Positions 25,621 through 37,219 of a stretch of DNA of 64,000 nt are shown here, in pieces. How positions within the stretch are numbered: position 1 is the first letter of the stretch; each line of letters begins with the position of its first letter. This DNA is from Lama glama. Taxonomy: Eukaryota. Under the pieces are notes generated by a model. It saw only the letters and a program-made list of their open reading frames with translations, was not told where the DNA came from and made no database searches. The stretch covers positions 17,422,001 through 17,486,000 of the forward strand of contig CM052851.1 of NCBI GenBank assembly GCA_028534125.1, given 5' to 3'. The translations under genes and the position numbers were made by a program.

Positions 25621-26621
25621 GAACTCCTTATTTTAAATTGTCTGATGGGAATAAATACTGAGAGAAGTCACTTCAATGAGGGCTGGAAACCAGTGAACAG
25701 TGAAATGGCTGAGAAGAATTCATCATCTAATATGGCAAATGATAACAGAAAGAAGTATCTATTGTCAAGGAAAGGAAATTCTATCTCTTTCTGGAGAAAA
25801 AAAACCAGTTTCTGTATTTTGCTAGTAAGGAGTTCAGGAGGAGCCCTACAAATTTCCCTCGAAATACTAAATCCTCTAGAGAACAGAACACAATGATGTG
25901 TAGGACAAGCAAACAGCTTTTCCTTTCTTGTTATTTTCTGGAAGGTATTTTTTAGCATGGTACCAGTTGGGTTGCAGAGTCCAAAAAAAACCTGATAAGC
26001 CTGTCTTCCCAAATGTCAGGATAAGCGTCAGGATCCACCACCTCAGGCATCTCTTAGCAATAGAAAGATCTGAACCTGGGCTGTATCAGCAAAAGAGCTT
26101 ATTTTCTAAAATAGTGTTGTCTTATATTGTATCCATGAAGGGTGCTGGTGTGCATCGAGATCTGCAGGTGAATCCACTGACAAACAACAGCAACAAATCC
26201 TTACTTTATTGCAGTACACCACTTAGAGTTAAATGCGACTAACTTGACCCCAGAGAAATGGTCCTTCCATTACAGAAATTCCTCGATTCAGATCAAGGCT
26301 CACTGTCTTATTCTTAAGGTTTAGGCCAGGGAAACAACAGAAGGAATTTCAAGCTGAAGAATGAAGAATCAGCTTTAAGACTTTAATGTGCATCTTCCTT
26401 TCGGTCCTCTGTGCTTACCACAAGATAATTAAGGTGTCTCACCAGACAGTTAATTTTCTACCTGCAGAAAATTGGGGACAGGAGTTATTAAAAATTGTTA
26501 TCACTGAATGATTAATTAGATCCTGGCGTTAAATGAACGATCAGTCCCTGGTGAAGTTGAGTTGAAATCTCAAAGAAAACTTGAGACCTGTTGGAGAATA
26601 ACATGAGCAGACATGTGTTAT

Positions 26622-26720
26622 CCCATCCATCCAGCCAGCAAGCCATCCGTCCAACCACCCAACCACCCATCTATCTATCCATCTGTTCATTCTTGCATTC
26701 ATTTATTCATCATTCATTAT
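26622..26720. repeat. Degenerate (CCAT/CCAA/TCAT)n simple repeat, probably an antisense L2 tail
   Basis: ccatccatccagccagcaagccatccgtccaaccacccaaccacccatctatctatccatc...cattcatttattcat. Confidence 0.75.
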
Positions 26721-27212
26721 ACAACTCCCAAAACGGAGACCTTCTGATAAGTGTTAGGTAATTATTAGTGAACAAATACTGATCTCCCCTCTATTTAATG
26801 ATGTGGTTTTAATCTTTCATCCTCCCAGTCTATATGCCCTATGAATTTTGATGGACTCAACTAAGAAAATTGCAAATTGTTGTTGTGGTTCATAATATAG
26901 ATTCTCATCATCACACTACTGTTATGTTGATGAGTCTCTTTGGATGAGGCGTTTAACTTTCCTCTTCCTCATCTGAAAAATGAAAGAGCCAGCCTAGTTG
27001 ATTTCCGACCAGTGTTCTTGTTTATAAATGCTGCTGTTGCTGTCCTTTCCTCCAAAGTTAGCTGTGAGCCCAAGGAGTGTTTCTCTCTTTGAACAAAATG
27101 CTCCATATCATCAAGAAACACTTCACTTGAGGGAGAGGCGTCTTTAAACTTCATATGGACCTTAGGTGGAGGTGCTGGTACACGGAGAGTAGTAGGTTTT
27201 GAAAATACTCAC

Positions 27213-27279
27213 ATTGGCATTTACAAATGTCATAGAGATAATGTCACTTGAATATAGAGTACATGCAACAGGTGTTACT
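27213..27279 (-). other. Candidate 67-nt internal exon (host transcript unknown; coding or lncRNA)
   Basis: On the minus strand: acceptor tcttttttcctgggcttttag, then 67 nt, then AAT|gtgagt donor. A ctcat branch-like motif lies about 35 nt upstream. Only one frame is open (VTPVACTLYSSDIISMTFVNAN), and I do not recognise the peptide. Confidence 0.35.
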
Positions 27280-27489
27280 CTAAAAGCCCAGGAAAAAAGA
27301 AGCTGGTTTAAATGAGCAAACCGGGGCACTTGGAGAGCTCGGGTAAGAAAACTGAGCAAATCTGTGATAGAAAAGTAAATATACATACAGATACACAATT
27401 CCCTAATATCCATGAAAGGAACTTATTATTCCTAGGCCCATTTTATGGATAAATAATAAAGAGGCTGGTAGCCTGAGGTTGAGAAGAGA

Positions 27490-27760
27490 GACCCCTCCAC
27501 CTTCATCTTCATGTCCTCAGACTCATCTAAATTCTAAGACCCAGCTGAAATTCTTACTCTCACAAAAAAGTACCTTGGGAGTCACTCCCCGTAAAGGAAG
27601 TACTTGTGTCTCACATTTATCTCTGGTATTTTTAGTTTATGTCAGTGTTATTTTGCTCCTTCAATGAAGTATTTTTCCAGTTAATAAAGTGTCTGCATTC
27701 ATCTTGTTTCTACCACTCAAGATAGTACTTCACACATAGTAGCTAGGAAAAAAAATGACT
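27490..27760 (+). mobile_element. L2 3' region
   Basis: ttctaagacccagctgaaattc...gtctgcattcatcttgtttct...cacacatagtag. Confidence 0.65.
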
Positions 27761-28084
27761 AGTAGTTCTAGTTAGTTTGTTGTCAGAATTGCAGCCCCCA
27801 CCAGAGATTACTTAGGATGATGACATTATTTATTGGCAGTTTTCCCATGTATATCATTGTGATTCCATGGATCCTTTACTCAAAGAATTTTTTAATGATG
27901 TCCATTAAGAAAAGTCCATAAAAAAGTGTCCATTAAAGAAGTGTGAATTTAGTGGATTTAATGGAAAACCGTAGATTTATTTTCTAAAATTTGCCTTCCT
28001 TTCTATGCTTCTTCTGTTATTTTTTCACATTTTTTTATACTTAGGTGAGAAGATTCATATATACAATCACAGTATATAGAGCTG

Positions 28085-28510
28085 GAAGAAGGTGACTAGC
28101 CGCTCACCAAAGATTTGCATTTCCTTCCCATAGTACAGATTCTCGGTGGAAAAGGCTGCTCATACTAGAACCGTTGACTATTGTTGGCCGTGTGACTCTT
28201 TCCAATCAACAGAATTTGAGCAGAATTGATGGGTATCACAGTTTGTTTGAAATGGTCAAGAAATGTGAGGGCTTCCACCCTCTCTTTCTTTGTCTGCTGG
28301 CTTGAAGCAAAAGACTCTGAGGCCCTGGGAGATGGCAGAAATTACAAAATGAGAGTGGCTTAATGACTGATCCATGTTCCAAGTTTTATCCACCAACTGC
28401 TTTAATAAACTGTTAGGTGAACAAGAAGTAAACTTCTTATTTTGTTCAGCTGCTGTGATTCTAGGGAATCTTCTCTTATAGAAGTTAGCATTATCTTACC
28501 TCATTTAAGG
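28085..28510 (+). mobile_element. MaLR solo LTR, MLT1I/H-type
   Basis: ggccgtgtgact...cagaatttgagcagaattgatg; gaggccctgggagatggcagaa; gaacaagaagtaaacttcttattttgtt. Confidence 0.75.
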
Positions 28511-28692
28511 ACTTTGATGAAAATGTTAGGAATCTGAACCTCGGCCAAGTTAGAAATTTTAAATACATTATAAGGTGCTGGCAAAACTGGGAATAGAACT
28601 CAGAAAGACTGAAATTACCCATTGTGAGGGCCTCAAGCATAGAAAGCAACAGATTAGGAGAAATTGAAAAGAAATAAAAGAATGAAAGAAGG

Positions 28693-29036
28693 GGAGGGGG
28701 TGGGCCAAGACGGCAGAGTAGAAGGACGCCTAGCTCACCCTCTCCCACAAATACAGCTAAAACCACAGCTACATACAGAAAAAATCACACAGGATACCTA
28801 CTGAACTTCTGCAGAATATCTCTTACATTGGAAATACAAGGAAATCCTCACAAAACTGATAAACAAGTTTCTAGTGTATAGCACAGGCAACTATACTCAA
28901 TATCTTGTAGTAACCTATAATGAAAAGAATATGAAAAGAATATATTTTTGTGTATGTATGACTGAAACATTGTGCTGTACACCAGAAATTGACACAATGT
29001 TGTAAAGTGACTACGCTTCAATTAAAAAATAAAAAT
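28693..29036 (+). mobile_element. Bipartite mini-L1: L1 5' UTR start (166 bp) fused to L1 3' UTR end plus A-tail (178 bp)
   Basis: The 5' module begins ggagggggtgggccaagacggcagagtagaaggacgcctagctcacc, the L1 5' terminus with a near-match to the YY1 motif aagatggc. The 3' module is homologous to the L1 tails starting at 36911 and about 62253. 16-bp TSD aaagaatgaaagaagg (28677-28692) / aaagaaggaaagaagg (29037-29052). Confidence 0.85.
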
Positions 29037-29599
29037 AAAGAAGGAAAGAAGGATCAAAGAACTGTATCACTAATGATTTATTATCTAGAAGGAGTCCTTG
29101 ATCAAAAAGTAGATGGGATATTCTTCCCCTCTCTTCTTTCCAGAGGGAGTAACTCCTCTGTTCTTTAAGTCAGATTTGATGCAGAGGACCAGCTTGGTAA
29201 ATACCACATGTGGTCCATTGCCTCCTCTAATTCTGTGTGTACTCTTAACTTAAAGGAAGACATAAGAAAGGAAGCTTAAAGAGATTTATTGATTAAACAA
29301 ACAAACAAACTTGCTCTTTTCACACTTGTATACGACCTGCTTACTTCATTGTCCATCTAAGGTTCCCGTCCGTTCCATGTAACATAATCTCTCTTTCTGA
29401 TATTATCCAGTTATTCTGCATCTGACCTCATGGAATTATAAAATCTGTAAGCATGCATTTCTAAGTCTATGCATATCTCTAGCACCTTGCTCTTTGGTAA
29501 ATTGTATATGCTCTATTTTGGGTGGAAATATTTTTACCCAGAGAAGTTTCCTGAAGTCAAAGCCAGAAAGACAACTGCTTATCTTCTGGCTGTACCTTT

Positions 29600-29900
29600 T
29601 CCCAATTTATTGCTCATTCTCAGAAACATGCCCTGCTTGACAGCCATAGAGAGAATTGACATTTTGTGCAGTGTTAATAGTTCTGATTTTTTTGAATGGT
29701 TTCATCTATGTGGACTAATTATGGTACCTTTTTCAATGGCTAGATTGTGATTACTTACTGGCTTATGTTTTGTCAAGCCAGCATTTGTGGAAAGAGCAGG
29801 CCATGATCTGACAAGGCTAATTTAAATAGTGTTTACATTTGTGAGCAGTTTGCAAAGGGCATGTTCACACAATGTGATTTGTTTTGTTAACCTACAAAGA
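29600..29900. promoter_or_regulatory. Candidate conserved non-coding element / enhancer
   Basis: Repeat-free complex sequence with ctaatta, tgacag/tgacaa and tgtttac motifs. Conservation is inferred, not measured. Confidence 0.35.
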
Positions 29901-30229
29901 AAAAATTGACAGAGGGTAATACCTTGGGAAATGAACTTGGGACAGGAGGGTTGGAGGGGCCTGTAAGGGAGGGAAAAAAAAAAAACAGCAGACAAGCCAA
30001 AAAGAAATTATATCTGAAATACATCTTTGCCTACTTTATAACAGTACAATGGGGAAAATATATGCCAAGTGAAGCATCAGTTATTTTTTTGAATCTCAAC
30101 GGAGTTTACTCCGTTATTGAGTTTTGCAAAATTAGAAACCCTGACGTCAAAGGCATGGTTAGCCCCTTGTCCTCCACGGGTATAAGGCTCAGTATGTTTG
30201 ATAAACCTGCCAAAGGGAATGTTCCATAT

Positions 30230-30775
30230 CTGAATTACTTACATCTTATTATACGACAACATTACTACACATGTAGTAACTTGAAACAACACACATTCAT
30301 TATGTATAGCTTTTTATGAGTTAGGGGTCCTGGCTGGTTTAACTGGATCCTCCGCTTCAGGATCTTACCTTACAAGGCTGCAGTCAAGGTCTTAGCTGGG
30401 GCTGAGGTTTCATATGAGGCTAGACTGGGGAAGGGTCCACTTCCAAACTCACATGGTTGATGGCAGCATTCTGTTCCTGGTGGTCTGTGGGACAGAGGGC
30501 CTCAGTTTCTTGCTGGTTGTGGATCTAAAGGTAGCCCTCAATTTCCTGTCACATGAACCTCCCCAACATGGTCACTTGCTTCCTTAAAGCCAGCAAGGGA
30601 GGGGGTCTCCTAGCAAGAGGGCCATTATAATCTCATTTAATGTGGTTACGTACATCCTATCACCTTTGCTGTATTCTCTGGGTTAGAAACAAGTCACAGG
30701 TTTTATCCACATTTGAGGAGATTACACAGGACATTTAAAACAGTAGGCATGGAGAATAGGATGTATTTCTATATC
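30230..30775 (-). mobile_element. MaLR solo LTR, MLT1E/F-type
   Basis: ttgaaacaacacacattcattat, caaggctgcagtcaaggt, gggaagggtccacttccaaactcac, gagggcctcagtttcttgctgg, ggttagaaacaagtcacagg. Confidence 0.85.
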
Positions 30776-30994
30776 ATCATAATCATATAATTTCAGCATC
30801 TGACCTCCCTTGATATAAGTATGCCCAAACAAGTCCAACGAGGTAAATTGACTAGCCAAATGCCATCTAGTGAGCTACCATTAACAACAGTCCTAGAATC
30901 CAGGATTCCTCAAGCTATCCAAAACCCCTTTTTTTTTCTCTCTTCTTATTTATTTGGCAATAACCACTTTACAAATTATTTTTGAAAAAAGAGG

Positions 30995-31320
30995 TGCTCA
31001 TTCATTCACTCAAGTAATATATTTTGAATGTCTGCTGTGTGTAAGCACTATTCCAGTCCTGTTGATAAACTAATAAAATTTTTTTAAAAAATTAAAAAAG
31101 GACAAGTCCCTGTTCTTCTGGAGCTGACATGAAAGAGTGAGAAGACAATAATGAATGAATAACACAGCTTAATGTGTAGCAAGTCAGTGACTCTGGAGGT
31201 AAATACACCGAGGTGAAGGCTACAGTCATGGAGTAGAGCTATTTTAGATGGATGTCTGTGGAAGGCTTCTGATACGTTCTGCTGTAGTAGAGAAATGAGT
31301 GAGTTGAATGAAGTCCCATA
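30995..31320 (-). mobile_element. L2 3' end
   Basis: cattcattcactcaagtaatatattttgaatgtctgctgtgtgtaagcacta...gtccctgttcttctggagctgacat. Confidence 0.8.
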
Positions 31321-32199
31321 TGGCTCTCTGTGATCCATAAGGGAATAAAAACTAAAAAGGATCGGATCTCCCATACAAGAAGCCAACTTTACCCATCTTC
31401 TTAGATAGACTTGGATATACCACTGGAGGTTAATGTCTGTCTTTGACATAGAAGTTAGAGGTCGTTTCCAAAGTCAGACAGCAAGGAGATGCCATAGGTT
31501 TGAACTTGTCTGTTTGATTCCAGAATTAGAGTCCGTGCCCCAGACAAGTGATCACTTCTCTTGAGTTGCAGAACTGTTTTTCAGATGTATTTCATGCATC
31601 AATAAATAAAATGGATAAAAGTGGAGCTGCTGTGTTTGGTGTAGAAGGTAGGCAGGGGATCTCCAGGACTCATCTGGTCTACTACCCATTCCAAAGTGCC
31701 CCAGTTCCAATGCAGCAGCCCCTTAAGTTTTAAACTGAAGAGCTTAGTTTATAAACCACCCTTGTTAGACCTTCTCTGGGACTACCCTCTGCTTAGCAGG
31801 ACCAAATATCTTAGCGATGTGTTGTTTCCAAGGCTACCTTGTTCACAGTTTAGGTCACTACAGAGTTTGGCTGTTATGATAGGAACTGGTGTGTCCTCTT
31901 TTGCATTTCTCTCCCATTTAGGGATGATCTGCAGGCTGAAAGACAGATGGACTTAGCTAAATTGGCTGCAGGATGGAAAGGACCATGTTTAATCAGGCAA
32001 AGAGACTTCTGCTATAATTGGTTAAGTCTAAGGCCAATAAAAGAACAAGAAAAGTTTTTCATGGCAAAAATAAAGTAGGGAACCCACAAGAGGCTCTTGG
32101 CACTCAATGTAGATTATTTTATACTCAATGCAAGTGGTTAAAAAAAACTGTGTGTCTAGGGAACTGTGGCTTAGCTATGTCTACCCTAATTTAAAATAA

Positions 32200-32670
32200 A
32201 AATAATGCATGGGACAGAGTGCGAGCCAATTATCTTTGACATGAATTGGGCGCTATTAAGGTAAATTTCTACAGATTGCAGAATGAAAACTTTGCCCTTA
32301 AGGAAAAAAGAAATAGCTGGGGGGAAAAGAGGCCAGGGAGGGGTTAAGACAGCTTACAACAATCAATTATTAATACAGATGAGCCAAGGCCAGCTGGTGC
32401 TATCATACTTCATCCTTCAAATTTCTCATTATTGGAATATACAACAGTACGTTACCGCACCAGTCTTTCCTTCGCCGTGGCAAGGAGCGTTAATTTCTGA
32501 GGCACCAAACAAGTGACAGTGAGCTTCAGAGGGCTCAGTGCTAAATGATTGGATTGTAATTATTCTGAAAGGGCTTTCATCATCATTAACCCAACATTCT
32601 GCGGATGCAGCATGTTTGAAAATAAACTATGGTCAAACTGGAGTCACATCATTAGAAGCTTTAAACATCA
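32200..32670. promoter_or_regulatory. Candidate conserved non-coding element / developmental enhancer
   Basis: Repeat-free; many TAAT/ATTA cores, atctttga (TCF/LEF-like), tgattgg, tgacag, and a cluster of retained CpGs. Confidence 0.45.
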
Positions 32671-32949
32671 AGCCTCTGGTTTGCTGATACATTTTTGTGT
32701 ATGTGAGTGTAGATGAACACAAATGTACTCAGTCTAGCATACATCATTTTAAAGCTGTTTAGCTGATGCATCTGCATTGGTGCAGACTAGGAAATCTGTG
32801 TGTACAGTTCTTAGGCCATGATAAATGCTGGGGAGGAGAACATTTATTCATTCCTGCAACTTTAATATGTTAAGTGCCTGGCACTGTGCTGTTACAGCAG
32901 TAAGCAAGACGAGTAAAACCCTGCCCAAAGGCGTTCCCCGTCCACGGAG

Positions 32950-33100
32950 TTTTTCCAGTAAACGTTTGGATTCTCCTCTTGTTTACAACAAAAAGGACAA
33001 GCTAATTGTCTGTTTGCTTTGCCAGTTTGCCTTAATTATAAGGCTTTCAAGGCCATTAGCAGATGAAGCTGTTTACAGTTTACAAGTAGGTTGGAATTTC
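32950..33100. promoter_or_regulatory. Forkhead motif cluster, candidate enhancer
   Basis: tgtttac at 32980-32986 and 33070-33076, tgtttgc at 33011-33017, agtttac at 33077-33083, plus ctaattg and ttaatta. Confidence 0.4.
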
Positions 33101-33559
33101 ACCTCTCTGGTCCTTCACCCCTCTTGCTCGCCACTGGGGCTCAGCTGGGAGAACAAGAGGGCAGGACACCAGGATAAGTACTTAATCCTCGTCACTTTCT
33201 GCATTAAAAAAAAAGATAAAGCAAGTGCTCTTGAGAAAGTGTCAGTTGCATTGCATCGCATCACACAGATAGTTCTCAGTGTCATTTTTTACAAGTATGC
33301 ATGACACATGGATGATGCATGGATGACTGTCAGATTCTAATTATCCAACAATAGGACAGTGGACACAGGAACTGGTGAACTGTAGCACTGGCTAAATTAT
33401 CATGAAGAGACCCAGTGACTGAGGCCAGCATTAAATACTAGAGCCTTTCCAAGAAGGGGTGTGTCAATGTGGAGACATGGAACTGGTTCATGACATTAGG
33501 AAAGTGTAATGGAAATGAGCTAGGTAGAATTGAAATAGATTGAAGTTTGGGGAAAAACT

Positions 33560-34045
33560 AACTATTATCCTATTAATTTATTTCCTAGTTCCCACTTTAC
33601 TTTTGTCTTCAACACCACCACCCTGCTTTCATTCTCTTCTCATTCTAATTTCATAATATTCCTTGTGTCCATCCCTTCGTCTTTATCCCTCTACCACCAT
33701 CTTGGTACAGGTTATGATCTTTGTTAGAGCTGCCTCCTAGTGGGCTTCTTTTCCTTTATTCTTTATTTCCTTGACCTTTCTGCTGTGATCTTAATATTAC
33801 AGCCACATTTTTTAAAACATGTAAACAAAATCACATCAGTCTTCCATTTAAACCTTCCCATTGCACGTAAATCCAATCTGCTTATCATGGCTGGCAGACA
33901 TCACATGATCTCATCCCCTAGCAGGCTGTCCAGACACAGTTTTGTCACTTACCCCTTCCTCCATACATCCTAGTCCCACTGGCCTTCTCTTTATTCCTGT
34001 AACTCACTAGGTCCTTCCCATATCAGAACCTTTGTCTTTGCTGGA
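33560..34045 (+). mobile_element. L2 relic
   Basis: Pyrimidine-rich L2 body (ctaccaccatcttggtacagg; ccactggccttctctttattcctg; cctttgtctttgctg). Confidence 0.75.
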
Positions 34046-34234
34046 TAGTATTTAATTTGTAATGCTGTATGTAAAATGATACTTAAATACATCATGGGAG
34101 TCAGAATGCTTGAGTGTATTTTGAAATTATTGGACACGTGAAAATTGCATCTATATTGTACCCCAGGGGAATTTTTGAAGACATGATAAATGACTCAGCT
34201 ACATTACCCAACTTCTAATCACAAATTCTAGAGA

Positions 34235-34410
34235 TCCTTGCAGGATGCTTTTACTTTCATAGTATTTTCAACCATGACATAGGTTATTATTATCAAGAGT
34301 GTACAGATGAGAAAACTGGTCCAGAAAGATGAAGTTGCTTATCCATGATCATACCCCTAAGGCACTGGCAGAGTCAGACTTGGAACTTGGGTTTTCTGAC
34401 GTGATTATTT
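34235..34410 (-). mobile_element. MIR SINE
   Basis: tacagatgagaaaactggtccagaaagatgaagttgcttatccatgatcatac. Confidence 0.8.
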
Positions 34411-36422
34411 CTTCCTTGAGTTCATACTACATATACTGAAGAAAACTACTAGTTTTTATGCTGAAATTACAGAGATACTCTACTTCCGATGTCTCTAATA
34501 AAAATTCCCCTCTAACATCGCATGGTTTCAGGTCTTTTTACCATACTGTAAGGTTGGGTAAATGAACACAGCCAGGATCCCTTTAGTAGTTGCTTTTACC
34601 TAGTAACTGTGATTGTTGTGAGTCATGTGGGGCATGTAAACGGTATCAGTTGGCCTTTTATTCTCTATCGGATGCTATTTCAATCTCTTTGGTCTATGAG
34701 TGTTACTGCTTTAAACACGGATTTTCAACGTGACTCATTAAGTGGTTATATTATCCTAAAATACTTGAAGAATACATCAGAGGTAAGTGTTAAGCAGTTG
34801 GGACTATGAACTGGGATCCCAGATAGTTCCACTTATACTGAAATCATCACTGTAAACTCCTTTGACACGTTCTAATAGCAGCTAGATGCTTTTTCAGGTA
34901 ATAACTCAAAGGAAAAGAATATTTAAGTAAAAGCTTTCTTTTTCCCTTAAAAGAAATTCATTAGCATATGCTAGATGAGCTAGTCTTCAGGCTAGATAAA
35001 AATCTAATACAACTAAACTTGCACTTGAACATTAGCGAAGTGGCAAAATGATAGTGATTGGTTAGTATTATGTATTTACCTCAGATGATCTTGGAGGATG
35101 AGGGAAGGGATTGGATTGCGATAGCTCATTAGCAAGTTACAGCTCAAGAAGCCGTGCTGTGGGTATTGCGAGTTGACTCTGTTTTGTTCTACTACTAATT
35201 TACTATAATACTCTGAGGGTATCCATTAAGGCCAGGAATTGATCCTCAGCATTGAATTGATAAGCTAGATGTCTCTTTCTAACTCATTAAGTTAATATCA
35301 AGAATACTTTCCAAAATGAGCCCAGCAGAGCGGGAAGATCCTATATGACAGCAATTGGTTCTTGAGTGTTGGGGAATTTATTCTCCAAAGGCTATTTAGT
35401 GAGACCAGTTATGGTTCAGAGAAACAGGTGAACGTTGAGAATACAGATTTTTGTGCCTTTGACTTTTCTTTTTCGGGAGATCTAGTTCTTTTGGAGATCA
35501 CTCTTTCAGTATGCATCAGATTTCCCTTCCTCCAAATTCAGTGTTTATAAAAAGAATCCCTAAAAAAATCTAAAGCCCATTTTGACAAGGTTGCATGTGT
35601 ATGGCTGAGGCGGAGGAAATAAGGGTAGAAATCTAAAGAATCACACCAGTGGAAAGCAGAAGATATAATGTCTTGCTTTTCATATGGTTAAACCAAAGAG
35701 GAAAACTTTTAAACGGAAAGGGGAAGTTACTTCACTTATTTAATAAGGAAACGGCTCATTCTGTAGCTGTAAATATTTTATAGATTTTTTAGTGACCAAG
35801 ATTCCTAAAATTTCTCCCAGTGATGAGGGCTGATAACTGAGTCTGAAAGAGATCTTGTCTCTTTGGGGATTACCAGCTCATGAGGATGTTGAGCTGAGGT
35901 CTAACCATCATTTTTTCTCATCACCTCTAAGTTAATCAAATTGGAAGTTGACTATGGAACCCTTTTCTTGGCTCTTTGCAGTAGGCATGTTCTGATAGCT
36001 CAAGCTGTCTACATTAAGGATAATAATTAGTCGTTGGATGAGGGAACTGTACATGGTCAATGTTCCTGTGGAATATGGAGAAAATTGTGATACGATGCTG
36101 GAAGACACCAGCTCAGCCCTTGAATGACTTTAGTCAGGTCATCAGTGCTGGGCAGTCATTTTGAAGGCTTCAAAGATGACATAGTGAATCAATCTCTCAT
36201 ACACCTATATCGGCACGTACACACATCTCAAGTCAAATTTTACTCCTGACTCCTTTGAAAAGGGAAGGCAGAAGCAGATGATCTCCCATCCTAATTTGTT
36301 TAAATGGAGAGTAGTCTTTTTCAGCTGGCACATCTCTGGATTTAAACATCCTTTCTCTAGAGGTGGGGACAAAACAGCACTTTTATACATGAAGTCTATG
36401 AAATTTTAAAAATGCTTTTTGT

Positions 36423-37080
36423 GATCCAGCAATCCCACTCCTAGGTATATATCCAGAGAAATCTCTACCTTGAAAAGATACATCCACCCTGATGTTCAAA
36501 GCAGCANNNNNNNNNNNNNNNNNNNNNNNNNNNNNNNNNNNNNNNNNNNNNNNNNNNNNNNNNNNNNNNNNNNNNNNNNNNNNNNNNNNNNNNNNNNNNN
36601 NNNNNNNNNNNNNNNNNNNNNNNNNNNNNNNNNNNNNNNNNNNNNNNNNNNNNNNNNNNNNNNNNNNNNACATGGATAGACTAGAGGTTATCATTCTAGG
36701 TGAAATAAGCCAGAAAGAAAAATAAAAATACAATGTGATATCACTGAGTTGTGGAATCTAAAATAAATATGTAAATGAACTTATTTACAGACTCAAAATA
36801 GACTCACAGACATAAAGAACATACTATGGTTAATAAAGGGGAAAGGGGTGGGGGGAGGGATAAATCAGGTGTTTGGGATTAAAAGATATACACTACTATA
36901 CATAAAATAGATAAACAAGAATCTACTGTATAGCACAGGAAACTATTCAATATCTTGTTATAACCTATAATGGAAAAGAATCTGAAAATGAATATGTATA
37001 TATGTATATATTTATAATGTATCATTGAATCACTGTTATACACCTAATACAACATTGTGAATCAACTATACTTCAATTAA
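36423..37080 (+). mobile_element. Lineage-specific 5'-truncated L1 with TSD (contains N gap 36507-36669)
   Basis: gatccagcaatcccactcctaggtatatatcc through a complete 3' UTR. 15-bp TSD aaaaatgctttttgt (36408-36422) / aaaattgctttttgt (37081-37095) at a canonical TTTT|AAAA site. Confidence 0.95.
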
Positions 37081-37219
37081 AAAATTGCTTTTTGTTGGCA
37101 CAGCTGTTAACATTGTTATTTTGGCTTCTCTCAAAAACTACCTTACTTGATGCCAACAATCACCTGGTGGCAAGTTGGATTAAGTTCATTTTACTTGGTA
37201 AAATTAGTAAATCATGACA

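Noticed and set aside
27898-27945. Three short gtccat-containing repeats; similar micro-duplications at about 12239-12260, 47367-47390 and 59184-59248
   Set aside because: Ordinary slippage duplications with no regular repeat-spacer structure; not CRISPR-like.
29625-29866. p53-family response element (aaacatgccc and gggcatgttc)
   Set aside because: Two isolated half-sites more than 200 bp apart do not make a canonical tandem element.
32825-33304. 159-aa ORF, the longest gap-free one
   Set aside because: Starts inside an L2-like fragment, has no known homology that I recognise and has non-coding-like composition; better explained as regulatory DNA.
36838-36859. G-quadruplex motif
   Set aside because: It is the standard G-rich tract of the L1 3' UTR and is explained by that feature.
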